Positions 30,596 to 40,811 of a stretch of 64,000 nt of DNA are shown in pieces. Location: positions 24,871 through 88,870 of the forward strand of contig CAWDOL010000014.1 in assembly GCA_963803915.1 (NCBI GenBank). Reading direction: 5' to 3'. Both the position numbers and the translations under genes were made by a program. How positions within the stretch are numbered: the first letter of the stretch is position 1; each line of letters starts with the position of its first letter. This stretch comes from Candidatus Aminicenantes bacterium (GTDB taxonomy: Bacteria; Acidobacteriota; Aminicenantia; Aminicenantales; UBA4085). Below the pieces are notes generated by a model that searched no databases, was not told the DNA's origin, and saw nothing but the letters and a program-made list of their open reading frames with translations.

Positions 30596-31750
30596 GTGAA
30601 CGTGAAGAAAATCCTGCTCACCCTGGCCGCCCTGGCCGCCCTGGTCCAGTCGGCGGCCGCCATCCCCGCCTTCGCCCGCAAGTACGGCTACTCCTGCGAG
30701 GTCTGCCACGCCCCGGTGCCGCACCTCAAGGCCTTCGGCGAGGAGTTCATGGACAACGGCTACCGCATCCCGGACAAGGAGCCGCCGCGGGCCACCGTGG
30801 ACACGGGCGACCCGCTTCTTCTGCTGCAGCGCGACCTGCCGCTGGCCATGCGCTTCGACGCCTACCTCGGCTACGCGCCCAACGCCGCCGGGGCTAAAAC
30901 GGACTTCATGGCGCCCGTGGCCATGAAGATCCTGAGCGGCGGCAGCATCTCGGAGACGGTCTCCTATTACACCTACTTCTTGATGTCCGAGGACGCCAAG
31001 GTGGTCGGGCTGGAAGACACCTACTTGAGCTTCCGGGGTGTTTTCGGCCTGCCGGTCGACATCGTTTTCGGCCAGTACCGGGTGACCGACCCGATCAAGG
31101 CCACCGAGACCCGCCTGACTCTCCAGAACTACGCCGCCTTCAAGTTCCGGGTCGGGGACAGCCGCATCAACCTGGCCTACGACCGCGGCATCATGGCCGT
31201 CACGGGGACGAATTTCGGGACGGACTTCATCCTCCAGGTGGTCAACGGCAACGGCATCGAGGAGCAGGACATCTTCGACTCGGACAAGTACAAAAGCCTG
31301 ATCTACCGCGTGGCCCAGGGCTTGGCCAAGGGCAAGCTCCGGGTCGGCCTCCTCGGCTACAGCGGCAAGGAAGCGGGGGAGGACGGGCGGACCAACGCGG
31401 TCACCTACTTCGGCCCCGACCTGCGCCTGCGCCTGACGGGAGTCGAGCTTCTGCTCGAGTACGTGCGTCGGACCGACACGAACCCGCTCTTCCTGGCGGC
31501 CGAGGACAAGATCACTTCCGACGCCTTCCTGGCCGAGGCCGTCATCAGCCCCTGGGGCGAGAAGGGACGGACCTTCTTCACCGCGGCCTGGAACCGGGTC
31601 GACTCGGGGCTCGAGCCGGCCAGCCAGAACACGCTGACCCTGAACGTGAACTACCTGCTGCGGCGGAACCTGAAGTGGGTGGCCGAGTACACCCATGACC
31701 TGCTGCGCGACGACCATCGGCTCCTGACCGGCATCGTGACCGCGTTCTAA
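30596..31750 (+). CDS. Cyc2-like monoheme cytochrome-porin fusion (outer membrane)
   Basis: GAGGAG RBS, GTG start; signal peptide then IPAFARKYGYSCEVCHAPVPHLKAFGEEFMDNGY; rest alternating beta-strand pattern ending in C-terminal Phe. Confidence 0.8.
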   Translation: MNVKKILLTLAALAALVQSAAAIPAFARKYGYSCEVCHAPVPHLKAFGEEFMDNGYRIPDKEPPRATVDTGDPLLLLQRDLPLAMRFDAYLGYAPNAAGAKTDFMAPVAMKILSGGSISETVSYYTYFLMSEDAKVVGLEDTYLSFRGVFGLPVDIVFGQYRVTDPIKATETRLTLQNYAAFKFRVGDSRINLAYDRGIMAVTGTNFGTDFILQVVNGNGIEEQDIFDSDKYKSLIYRVAQGLAKGKLRVGLLGYSGKEAGEDGRTNAVTYFGPDLRLRLTGVELLLEYVRRTDTNPLFLAAEDKITSDAFLAEAVISPWGEKGRTFFTAAWNRVDSGLEPASQNTLTLNVNYLLRRNLKWVAEYTHDLLRDDHRLLTGIVTAF

Positions 31751-31787
31751 ACGGGATCGCTCGCCTGAAGGGCCGAATGGGTCCGAC

Positions 31788-31816
31788 TTGCGAGAGGGGC
31801 CGGATCGGTCTATGCT
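31788..31816 (+). promoter_or_regulatory. Putative sigma70 promoter of the lipoprotein gene
   Basis: TTGCGA-N17-TATGCT; GGGAGG RBS before ATG 31856. Confidence 0.5.
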
Positions 31817-31855
31817 GAAGCCAACTCAAAGCGGGAAGGCTTCGGGAGGGCAACC

Positions 31856-32482
31856 ATGAAACAACGGCGAATCGTCGTTCTGGCGGCGGCGCTGGCTCTG
31901 CTCATCGGCCTGCAGAGCTGCGCCACGCTGGAGCAGCTCGCAGGCGCTCTGGTCAACCTGCAGCGGCTCAAGTTCAAGCTGGGTGCCGTGCACGATTTCT
32001 CCGTCCTGGGCATCAACCTGGGCGGCAAGGCGCGGCTGCAGGACTTCACCGCGGCCGAGGGGCTGCGCCTCGTGCAGGGCTTCGCCTCCAGGCGCCTGCC
32101 GGCCGAGTTCGTCTTGAACATCCTGGCCGTCAACCCCAACGACGGCACGGGTGGATCCAAGCAGACGGTCACGACCTTGACTGGGCTCGAATCGCGCCTG
32201 CTGATCGACGGAAAGCCCACAGTCACCGGCAACATCGACCGGCCGATCGAGATTCCCGGCACGGGGCAGGAATCCACGATCGGCATCCGGCTGGGCATCG
32301 ACCTTTATGAATTCTTCGGCCAAGGGGGGTATAACGACCTGCTCGGCCTGGCCTTGGCCATCGGCGGCAAGAGCGGAAGCTCGTCACGGCTGTCGCTCGA
32401 TGCCCTGCCCACGGTCACCACGCCGTTCGGCCCGCTCACCTACCCCAACCGCATTACCATCATCAACACCGAGTTTCGGTAG
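31856..32482 (+). CDS. Lipoprotein, possibly LEA_2-like beta-sandwich
   Basis: Lipobox LQSC after hydrophobic stretch; beta-rich mature part (LKFKLGAV, SRLLIDGK, IEIPG..STIGIRL). Confidence 0.65.
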   Translation: MKQRRIVVLAAALALLIGLQSCATLEQLAGALVNLQRLKFKLGAVHDFSVLGINLGGKARLQDFTAAEGLRLVQGFASRRLPAEFVLNILAVNPNDGTGGSKQTVTTLTGLESRLLIDGKPTVTGNIDRPIEIPGTGQESTIGIRLGIDLYEFFGQGGYNDLLGLALAIGGKSGSSSRLSLDALPTVTTPFGPLTYPNRITIINTEFR

Positions 32483-32592
32483 AAAATCGCCGGCCGGGAC
32501 GGCCAAACGCGCCCGCAAAGCCATGTTTACGCAGAGGGAGAAGGGCCGTCCCTTTTCGCTTGGGGAAAGCCCTGATCCAAGTATAAGATGAC

Positions 32593-33614
32593 ATGGACAT
32601 GAGCCCCCGAGACAATTCACGAATTATCACTTCCCGCGGCATTCTCGTGATTCTATCCTTTTCGGCCATGGCCGCATTCTGCGCCTGCGGGCCCCGCCCG
32701 GCGGAAAGGCCCGTGGACACGTTCACTATCGCCGTGACCGACTCCGGCCTGGGCGGACTCGCCGTAATGGCCGAGGCGGCTGCAAGGCTGGAGCAGGCCG
32801 GCATCCACAAGCGCGTCGACTTCGTCTTCTTCAACGCCCTGTTCACCAACGAGGGCGGCTACAACAGCCTGCCGACGCGGGAGGAGAAGATCCGCGTCTT
32901 CGATGCGGCGCTGCGGGCGCTGGAGCGCGAGGTCCAGACCCGATCTCATCCTGGTCGCCTGCAACACATTATCCGTCCTGCTACCGGACGTGCCGTTCGC
33001 CAGAGAGACCCACATCTCCCTGCAAGGCATCGTCGAGCCGGGAGTGGAGATGTTCTGGCAAGCCTTGATCGAGAACCCCGAGGCGAGGCTGATCCTCTTC
33101 GGCACCGAGACGACGATCGCCGAGGACAGCCACCGCAGAAGGCTCGTCGAGACGGGCGTCCCGGCCGAGCGGATGATCGTCCAGGCCTGCCCCGAGCTGC
33201 AAGTCCTACATCGAGACGGATTGGCGAAGCGGCGACACCGGACTCCTCATCTCGGCCTACGTGGACGAGGCGACGGCCGGGCTGCCGCAGCCCCCGCCGC
33301 CGCTTCTGGCCGGGCTCGTCTGCACGCACTACGGCTACTCCCGCGACCTCTGGGCCGCCGCGTTCGCCGAGAAGGGGCTTGCCGGGGTCAAGATTCTCGA
33401 CCCCAATGCCAAGCTGGCCGAGTGGCTCGTGCCGCAGGGCGCAAAGCGCCGCTTCGACAAGACGGACATCACGGCCCGCGTCGTGTCCATGGTGGATATC
33501 CCGCAGGCCAAGCGGGATAAGCTGGCCGCATGGCTCGAGCGCGTCTCGCCGGTGGTCGCGGCGGCATTGCGCGCCGCCGAAATCCGGCCTGAGGGGTCAG
33601 GTCTTAACATTTGA
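32593..33614 (+). CDS. Asp/Glu racemase-family protein with N-terminal lipoprotein-like signal; +1 frameshifts near 32935 and 33205
   Basis: DSGLGGLAV, ACNTLS and VCTHYG motifs in three successive frames (32593, 32903, 33261). Confidence 0.8.
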
Positions 33615-33747
33615 CATAAAACGTAACGACCTGGCACCGAGCGGTTTGTAACGGAAGATCTTCGGGGTCAAGTCTTTACGGAAAGTGTCAACACCGTGGC
33701 GCCTAGGACGCTCCGGTGCGGAAGCCGATGTTAAGACCTGACCCCTC
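33591..33747. repeat. 157-bp element bounded by 20-bp perfect inverted repeats (REPIN/MITE-like)
   Basis: GAGGGGTCAGGTCTTAACAT (33591-33610) and ATGTTAAGACCTGACCCCTC (33728-33747); internal variant GGGGTCAAGTCTT (33664-33676). Confidence 0.75.
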
Positions 33748-33749
33748 CC

Positions 33750-35378
33750 CTAGTAGATCCAGTCGGGGGTCCCGCCGGGGACGGATTTCGCCACCTGCAG
33801 GCCCAGGGCCCGGATCAGCTGGTCGCCGACAAACGGGCTCCAGCCGTGGCCGCCCCGATCGCCGTAGCGGAACTCCCCGCCGTAAGGCGGATCGGCCAGC
33901 TTCTCGAGCGAGGCCTGCAGAAGATAGCAGGCCTCGTTGAGGTAGAAATTGTCCATGCGGCCGCAGTAGACGCGGATCTTGCCGGCCAGCTTCGGCCCGA
34001 TCGCCGACCAGTTCTTTTCGAGATACAGGCGAAGGTCATATCGCTCCCCCGCCCATCGGACGGCTTCCTGATCGATCTTCCCCGTGACCGGATCCCAAAG
34101 CGCCTTCGGATAGCCGTCCTCGGCCACGGGAGCGAAGAGGGCGTTCCAGACGGCCCATTGCCCGCCCGAGCGAAACCGGTCTCCGATCGCCTCCTCGTAC
34201 AGGTTCTCCTGCTCCTGGGTGTAGATCAGGTTGCCGCTCGTGTCCCGCTCGCCTCCGCGCGGAACCCTGGTCCATTCGTGCTCGATGTAATAGGCGTTCT
34301 TGTCCTGATAGAGGTTGACGATCTGGTATTTGCGGAAGTCGACGGGGTCGGGATAGAACGACCACGTCCCGCCGAAGAAGTCCGGATAGAAGACCTGCAT
34401 GGCCAGGGAGATCCAGCCGCCGGTCGAGCCGCCCGAGAGCACCCGGGCCCAGGGCTCGCCGACGGCCCGGAAAGTCTGCTCGACGGCGGGGATGAGCTCG
34501 GTGACGATGGCGTCGCCGTAAGGGCCGATGTTGTCCGAGTTCACGCCGTAGGAGTCGTCGTAATAGGGGCAGGCATGCTCGAAGGTCACCTGGATGAAGC
34601 GGGGGAGGTTGTCGGCGTTCCAGGCCTTGAAGCCGGCGGAGGCCGGATCCTCGCTGAAGCGGGCCACCCCGCCGCGCGGGAAGTGACCTTGGATGTAGTG
34701 GACCGGATATCGGACGCCGGGATGCTCGTCGTAGCCCTTGGGCAGCAGAACGTTGGCCCCGATGGCCATCGGTCGGCCCCAGAACTCGGACAGCAGGCGG
34801 CTTTGGATCCTGATGTGCTTGAGGTGGGCGGTGTCCTGATAGGGCGCGATGGGCGGAACGACTCGGCTGAGGGCGATCGCCGGCGGCTCGGGAGCGGAGC
34901 CGCCCAGGCGGACCTTCACCGGATCGCTGAAGAGATTCCCGGGCGAGCGGCGCCAGCTCTGGCCCTCGCCCTGGTCCATGTGCAGCTTGACCGTCTTGCC
35001 GTCGGCGCGATTGAACGTGGTGTAGACGTTGAGCCAGGCCTGGACATAGTAGTCGCCCTCCGGGATGTCGCTCAAGCGCCTGACCGGGTAGCCGAAGGCC
35101 CGGTCGTCGAGCACGACCGCGGAGCCGGGCTTGAGATCGTCGACGTTCAGGCCGAAGACCGGGGTCCCGTTCATCCCGGGCTGGAACTTCTCGGTTCTCG
35201 AGAGCAGGAGCAGGATGCGCCCGGAGACCGGCTCGGCCCGGATCGCCGGATCGACGGCGACCGTGAGCCGGACGGTGCCGGCAGCGGCCGGAGCGGGCGG
35301 AGACGATACGGCCGATGCGGCGAGGAGCGAAAGGGCAAGGGCGAGGATCAAGCCGGCGGATCTGGTGTGGATTTTCAT
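33750..35378 (-). CDS. Secreted alpha/beta-hydrolase (putative esterase family) with N-terminal beta-sandwich
   Basis: Signal peptide; GGSTGG nucleophile elbow; YYDDSYGVNSDNIGPYGDA, GRMDNFYL, GGHGW. Confidence 0.85.
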   Translation of the reverse strand: MKIHTRSAGLILALALSLLAASAVSSPPAPAAAGTVRLTVAVDPAIRAEPVSGRILLLLSRTEKFQPGMNGTPVFGLNVDDLKPGSAVVLDDRAFGYPVRRLSDIPEGDYYVQAWLNVYTTFNRADGKTVKLHMDQGEGQSWRRSPGNLFSDPVKVRLGGSAPEPPAIALSRVVPPIAPYQDTAHLKHIRIQSRLLSEFWGRPMAIGANVLLPKGYDEHPGVRYPVHYIQGHFPRGGVARFSEDPASAGFKAWNADNLPRFIQVTFEHACPYYDDSYGVNSDNIGPYGDAIVTELIPAVEQTFRAVGEPWARVLSGGSTGGWISLAMQVFYPDFFGGTWSFYPDPVDFRKYQIVNLYQDKNAYYIEHEWTRVPRGGERDTSGNLIYTQEQENLYEEAIGDRFRSGGQWAVWNALFAPVAEDGYPKALWDPVTGKIDQEAVRWAGERYDLRLYLEKNWSAIGPKLAGKIRVYCGRMDNFYLNEACYLLQASLEKLADPPYGGEFRYGDRGGHGWSPFVGDQLIRALGLQVAKSVPGGTPDWIY

Positions 35379-35485
35379 GAGCACGGGTTTCCCTCCGTTC
35401 GAACCGGGACTCTATCAGATAAGACTCCCCTTCGTCCATCGGAACAGGCGCCATCATCGACCTTTATGCTAGAATAGCCCGATAA

Positions 35486-36714
35486 ATGCTAAGAAAGACG
35501 ATCGCCATGTACCGCGAGGCCTACGCCGGCCTGCCCGGCGGAGCCTGGCTATTGGCCGCGGCCGAGTTCATCAACCGCTGCGGCTTCATGGTCCTCGTCT
35601 TCCTCAACATCTACCTGACCCGGCACCTGCATCTGACCCTGCCGCAGGCGGGAAACGTGCTCGGCGCCTATGGCCTGGGCGCAATCGCGGGCGGCTACCT
35701 GGGCGGCCTTTTGGTCGACAAGATCGGCATCCGGCCGGTCATGCTGGCCAGCCTGATACTGTCGGCCGTCAGCCTGATCGTCACGGGGTATGTCACGGCC
35801 TACGTCCCCCTGCTCGTGATGCTCTTCATTTACGGCATCGTCTCGACGGCCCTCTTCCCGGCCAACGACACGGCCATGTCGCGCTTCTGCTACGGCGAGA
35901 TGCGGTCCAAGGGCTTTGCCCTGCGCCGCCTGGCCGCCAACCTGGGCATCACCTTCGGCCCGGTCATCGGCGGCTTCCTTATTCTCGCCGACTACCGCCT
36001 GCTGTTCTGGGTGGACGGGCTGACCACTCTGGCCTCGGCCGGCGTGGTCGCGCTTTTCATCAAGACCCTTCCGGCCCAGGTCAAGAGCGAGCCGGACCGG
36101 CCGTCGGGCGCGGCCCGCTCGCCCTGGCGCGACGGGCCCTTCATGGCCTTCATGGGGCTTGTTCCTGGTGTCTGGGTCTCGTCTTCTCGCAGCTCTTCTC
36201 GACCTTCAACCTGTACCTCAACTCGGTCTACGGCCTGCGCGAGAACCAGATCGGCCCGCTCTGGGCGGTGAACACGATCCTGATCGTGGTCATCGAGATG
36301 GTCCTCATCCACGCCGTGCGGCGCCGCTCCGAGATGAAGATCATCGCCCTGGGAGCGGCCTTTATCGGAATCGGGTTCGGCCTCCTGCCGCTCGGCCGGG
36401 GATTTCTCTTTGCCGCGCTGACTGTCGTCGTCTGGACCATGGGCGAAATCCTGACCATGCCGCTCAGTGGAACCGTCGTGGCTCATCGGGCCGGCGACGC
36501 CACCGGGCGCTATATGGGCGTGCTCAGCCTGAACTTCTCGCTCTCGATGTTCCTGGCGCCGCTCGTCGGCAACTGGATCTTCGCCAAGATCGGCGGGGAC
36601 GCTCTCTGGCCCATCATGGGAGGCGCGGCTTTGCTGGTGGCGGTGGGCATCTGGGCCATGCGCCGCACGCTGGACGTGCCCAAGCCGGCCGCGATGGCCT
36701 CTTTCGATAATTGA
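35486..36714 (+). CDS. MFS transporter; two +1 frameshifts near 36161 and 36171
   Basis: GGYLGGLLVDKIGIR motif A; removing two bases restores FMGLFLVLGLVFSQLFSTFNLYL and joins ORF 36268..36714. Confidence 0.85.
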
Positions 36715-36801
36715 TCTAACATTCTGAATCAGAATGAAATAACCGTCATTTCGCCCGCACGGGGCCTCCCTCCTCCGCAATCGTGTTTTCCATTTGGACG
36801 T

Positions 36802-37329
36802 CTATTTGTCAAATACGTTTTCGTTTGGCCATTTTTGCCGTGAGCTCCCCCGGAAAAGAGCCGTCCCGGCTACGAGGTCCGCTACGGGAAGCTTCATCGG
36901 CCCGAAAAGCGGCGCGACCCCCAGAAGCGGGAGGATGATCAACAGCGCGCGCGCACAGATCGGCGAGGCGCCCGGCAGAGCCAAAAAGGCGGAAGCAGCC
37001 ATGAGCGGGATGATGTTGCCCAGGCACCGGAGCAGGCGGCGCCCTACCGAGACTCGCCCGCCGTCCGGGCGTCCGACTCGTAATCCCAGCAGCCACTTGG
37101 CGGGGGATCGTCCGGACACGATCTCGACCAGGTGGTAGATCGCTAGGTTGATCCAGAAAACGATCGCGATGACGGCCGCGGCCTGCGCATTCGTGTCGAT
37201 GGATGTCGGACCCAGGACGAACCCGACTTCATGCCGTCCCAGCTCGAGGGACATAATCCCGATCAAGACCAGGTCAAGGATCCAGGCCACGAGCCTGAGA
37301 CCGAGACCAGCGGGTTTCATCGCTTGCAT
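36802..37329 (-). CDS. RDD-family membrane protein
   Basis: GLRLVAWILD, GRSPAKWLLGLRV..DG, LLRCL, DLVAGT RDD motifs. Confidence 0.8.
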   Translation of the reverse strand: MQAMKPAGLGLRLVAWILDLVLIGIMSLELGRHEVGFVLGPTSIDTNAQAAAVIAIVFWINLAIYHLVEIVSGRSPAKWLLGLRVGRPDGGRVSVGRRLLRCLGNIIPLMAASAFLALPGASPICARALLIILPLLGVAPLFGPMKLPVADLVAGTALFRGSSRQKWPNENVFDK

Positions 37330-37580
37330 GATGTTTCCCCATCTAACTGATACGGCGCTTCCGGCATGCTGGCGCAGTCTCCGCGCTCGGCGGCATCGGG
37401 GGCCACCCATCGGCATTACATCGCCTACCCCGCAGTCGTGTCAAGCCGGAGCGGTTCGCGAGGGAATAAACCGGACCCCTGTTTGTATTACGAGTGGAGG
37501 AGGCCAAGGAGCCCGGTCGGACCGCCGGGACGCGGCCGGTCGCGCTCCTGCCCCCGTAAAGGGGGCGGAAGGAGTCCGCG

Positions 37581-38303
37581 ATGTTCCACGATGCGATGGT
37601 TCTCCACGAGAAGGGTTTTTCGACCCGCTGGCCGGCCATGCCCGCCTCGGTCCTGTTCCATGCCGCGCTGGTCATGGCGCTCATCGTCGTCCCGCTGATG
37701 CGTTCGGGCGAGCTGCCGCGGGTGGAGGTACGAGACGCCCTCTTGATGCCTCCTCCACCAACCCCGCCGCCGCCCCTGCCCAAAGGCAAGCCCGGGGGTT
37801 CCGGGAGCAGAAGGATCAAAGCCGTCGCCGTACAAGCGCATGACACGGGGCGGTTCGTCGCTCCGGTCGATATCCCCGAGATCACGACCGACGAGGCCGT
37901 CGGCGGAGGCGATTCCGGGATCGGGATCGAGGGCGGAGTCGAGGGCGAGGCCCTGGCGGGCTATCCGCCGGGTGTGGTCGGCGAGATCCTGGCCCGTGTC
38001 GTGGGGCTCGAGGAGGCGCCCGTGCGGGCCATCGGCGAGATCCGCCAACCCCGCCTCGTTCGGCGCGTCCAGCCGGCTTATCCCGAGATCGCCCGGCAGG
38101 CCCGGGTGGCGGGCGTCGTCATCCTGGAAGCCACAACCGACGTCTACGGCCGCGTCCAGGCCGTGCGCGTTCTGCGGTCTATCCCGCTCTTGGACGAGTC
38201 GGCATCCGACGCGGTGCGGCGCTGGGTCTACGAGCCGATGATCGTCAACGGCCGCCCGCGCGGCGTGACTTTTACCGTGACCGTGCGCTTCGTGCTGAAC
38301 TAG
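37581..38303 (+). CDS. tonB: Energy transducer TonB-family protein
   Basis: N-terminal TM with S..H, Pro-rich linker, TonB_C (PAYPEIARQARVAGVVILEA..AVRRWVYEP..NGRP). Confidence 0.85.
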   Translation: MFHDAMVLHEKGFSTRWPAMPASVLFHAALVMALIVVPLMRSGELPRVEVRDALLMPPPPTPPPPLPKGKPGGSGSRRIKAVAVQAHDTGRFVAPVDIPEITTDEAVGGGDSGIGIEGGVEGEALAGYPPGVVGEILARVVGLEEAPVRAIGEIRQPRLVRRVQPAYPEIARQARVAGVVILEATTDVYGRVQAVRVLRSIPLLDESASDAVRRWVYEPMIVNGRPRGVTFTVTVRFVLN

Positions 38304-38316
38304 CCAAAAGCCGTAA

Positions 38317-38352
38317 ATTCTGCCGGGCCCCTCGTAAGGGATCCGGCAGAAT
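38317..38352. terminator. Hairpin between convergent tonB and M14 genes
   Basis: ATTCTGCCGG / CCGGCAGAAT 10-bp stem; no clear U-tract. Confidence 0.5.
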
Positions 38353-38357
38353 CCTGT

Positions 38358-40116
38358 TCACTTCGATCCGCCAAGCTCGATCGTCCGGGCATCCCGGCCG
38401 GCCTTGGACGCGGAGGCGGCGACCGTGACGCGGGGCGCTCCGCCCGCCTTGACCCGGACGACCCATTCCAGCTTCTTCGACGGAAGCGGCGACGTGCCGC
38501 CCGAGAACAGGAAATAGCCGGGGCTTTGGGGCGCGTTGCCCTCGAGGTGGCCGATCACGGCCCGTCCGGAACCCGTGACAAGCTCGGCGTTTTCCAGCTT
38601 CAGCTCGACGACGATCGGATAGTCCCGTTTGGCCGACAGGGCCGCCCGCGACAGGTAAGTCGGGAGGAATCCCATATTGGCGACCTCGGCCTCGATCTTG
38701 AACAAGCCCGATCCCAAAGACTCCGGCTTCAAAGAGCGAATCCGCAGGAGCGGAGACAGGGAGGCCTGGTAAAGGTTGAACTCGGCGTACTCTGCGCAGA
38801 TCTTCTCCAGCCCCGCGTCGATAGGCGCGATCTTCTGGACCCAGCCGCCGATCTCCACCCGGCCGAGCTGGGGATGGTCGTACGGCTTCCAGTCGACGAA
38901 GTACCGGCCGCCCTTCGTGTCGTCGCTCCAGCGCAGCATCTCCAGCTCGGAGACGCTCCCGTCCCGGTCCGAGTCGGCGTCGATGCCGCACATCTCGGGG
39001 GTGAAGGAATAGAGCCCGAGAGCGTGGTAGGTCCAGGACAGGAACAGGCCGTACCCGTAGTTGCCGGGCCGGCGCCGCCCGCCCATGATCGTGTCGGCGT
39101 AGAGGCTCTCGACGATGTCGCCCGTGATCTCCTTGAAGCGGGCCCCGATCGTCTCGTAGACGCCGAGGTCGAGTTCGGGCAGGGACTCGTCCGGTCCGTT
39201 GGCCGGCGGCCGGACCAGGAAGTTGACCGGCCAGGCCCCGCCGTGGACGGAGTAGCAGCCGGTTATGTTGGGATGGGCGGCCAGGAACTCCACGACCGCC
39301 CGGCTCTCGGGGACGGACAGCGGGAAGGGGCCGGCCCCGGCCTGGGCGGGGTTCCAGTCGTAGGGGTAGTTGCGGTTGACGTTGATCCCGCCCCGGCCGT
39401 CTTCGTTGAAGCGGCCGTCGCCGTCGTTGTCCCGGCCTTCGACCCAGGTCCGGTACTCGCCGGGTTCGGTCTCGCGCCGCGTCTCGAGGAGGCGCGGGTC
39501 GAGCTTGGACGCCCTGAGCGGCCCCGCGGCATCCCGGGCCCTCATCAGGGTGATCGCGCCGTCGCCGTTCAGATCCTCGGCCGGGTCCTCGTCCAGGAGG
39601 CCGTCGCCGTCTTCGTCCCAGGGCTGGGCGTGGGAGATCAGGCCCGGCTTGGTCAGCCAGTGCTCCACGGCGTCGGGATTGACCCGGGGCAGGATATAGA
39701 AGACGCGCGTGTTCAGAAGCTCGGTCAGCCGCGGATCGCGGCCGAACCCGCCGAGCAGCGTCTGCCCGGCATACATGACCATCGGAGTCCCGCACGGCTC
39801 GTCGGGGTGCGTCCCGCCGTCGATCCAGAAGCCCGGCTTGTCCTCGCCGGGCCCGGTCTTGGCGTTCGTGACCTCGAGAAGCCACAAGTCCCGGCCCTCA
39901 AAGCTTCTGCCGATCGAGCGGAGCTTGGCCAGCTCCGGGTAGGCGGACGCCCAAGCCTTCAGGGTTGCCGCGATCTCGTCCTGGAGCTGGTAGCGGTCGA
40001 AGGGAACCCTGGGGACATCCGCCGCCGGCTTCTGGCCGGCCAGCGGAAGGAAGGCGGCCGCAATCCCGGCCAGGATGGCGAAAGCGACGGAGGAATTTCC
40101 GGCGGGCGAGCGTCAT
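38358..40116 (-). CDS. Secreted M14 zinc carboxypeptidase-family protein; +1 frameshift near 40089
   Basis: MTLARRKFL then shifted frame VAFAILAG..SIGRSFEGRDLW continuing into ORF 38358..39887; GTHPDE (HxxE), NRNY, SVHG motifs. Confidence 0.85.
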
Positions 40117-40193
40117 GGCGGGTCTCCTTGCGGCCTATTCTCTTTCGATCGGAGACGGAATTCAACCGCATCGAGGCCGCGGCCGACTCGGTG

Positions 40194-40511
40194 TCAAAGC
40201 ATACTTGGCCTATGCGGCTCCAGAACCTTGACTTCTCTTTCGATGCGGCCGCCAAGCGCCTCCTTCTCGCACTCCAGATCGTATCTTGACTGGAGATTCA
40301 GCCAAAACCGCTCGGTAAGGCCGAAATAGCGCGAAAGGCGGAGGGCCGTATCCGCGCTGACAGCGCGCTTGCCGAGAACGATCTCGTTGATGCGGCGGGG
40401 CGGGACGCTGATGTCCCGGGCCAGCCTGTATTGGCTGATGCCCAGGGGCTTCAAGAACTCCTCCAGCAGAATCTCGCCGGGGTGAATGAGGTTCATGACT
40501 TTCTCTTTCAT
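40194..40511 (-). CDS. higA: HigA-family XRE antitoxin
   Basis: HPGEILLEEFLKPLGISQYRLA..RINEIV.GKR..SADTALRL..FWLNLQ. Confidence 0.93.
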   Translation of the reverse strand: MKEKVMNLIHPGEILLEEFLKPLGISQYRLARDISVPPRRINEIVLGKRAVSADTALRLSRYFGLTERFWLNLQSRYDLECEKEALGGRIEREVKVLEPHRPSML

Positions 40512-40523
40512 AATCCTGTCCTC

Positions 40524-40805
40524 TTAATGATAGTCCACGATCTCCACATCAATCGCATCGCCCTCCGACCAGAAGAAACAGATTCGCCATTGATCGTTGA
40601 TGCGGATACTCCATTGTCCCGTACGATCCCCCGATAGCCGCTCCAGATGATTGCCTGGGGGAATTCGCAAATTCTCGACCCGTTCGACGGCATCCAAGAC
40701 GAGGAGCTTGCGAAGGGCCGCCCGGCGGATATCGACCGGGAGGCGGCTTGTCCGCTCGCGGCGAAAAAGCTCTTCGGTCTCTTTAGACGCAAAGCTCTTA
40801 ATCAC
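40524..40805 (-). CDS. higB: HigB/RelE-family toxin
   Basis: MIKSFASKETEELF..PPGNHLERLSGDRTGQWSIRINDQWRICF..VEIVDYH; toxin upstream of antitoxin. Confidence 0.93.
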   Translation of the reverse strand: MIKSFASKETEELFRRERTSRLPVDIRRAALRKLLVLDAVERVENLRIPPGNHLERLSGDRTGQWSIRINDQWRICFFWSEGDAIDVEIVDYH

Positions 40806-40811
40806 GAGGAA

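Noticed and set aside
30596-31750. Concluding that the organism is an iron oxidiser
   Set aside because: A Cyc2-like motif alone does not fix direction or substrate of electron flow; no terminal oxidase or other supporting genes are in this window
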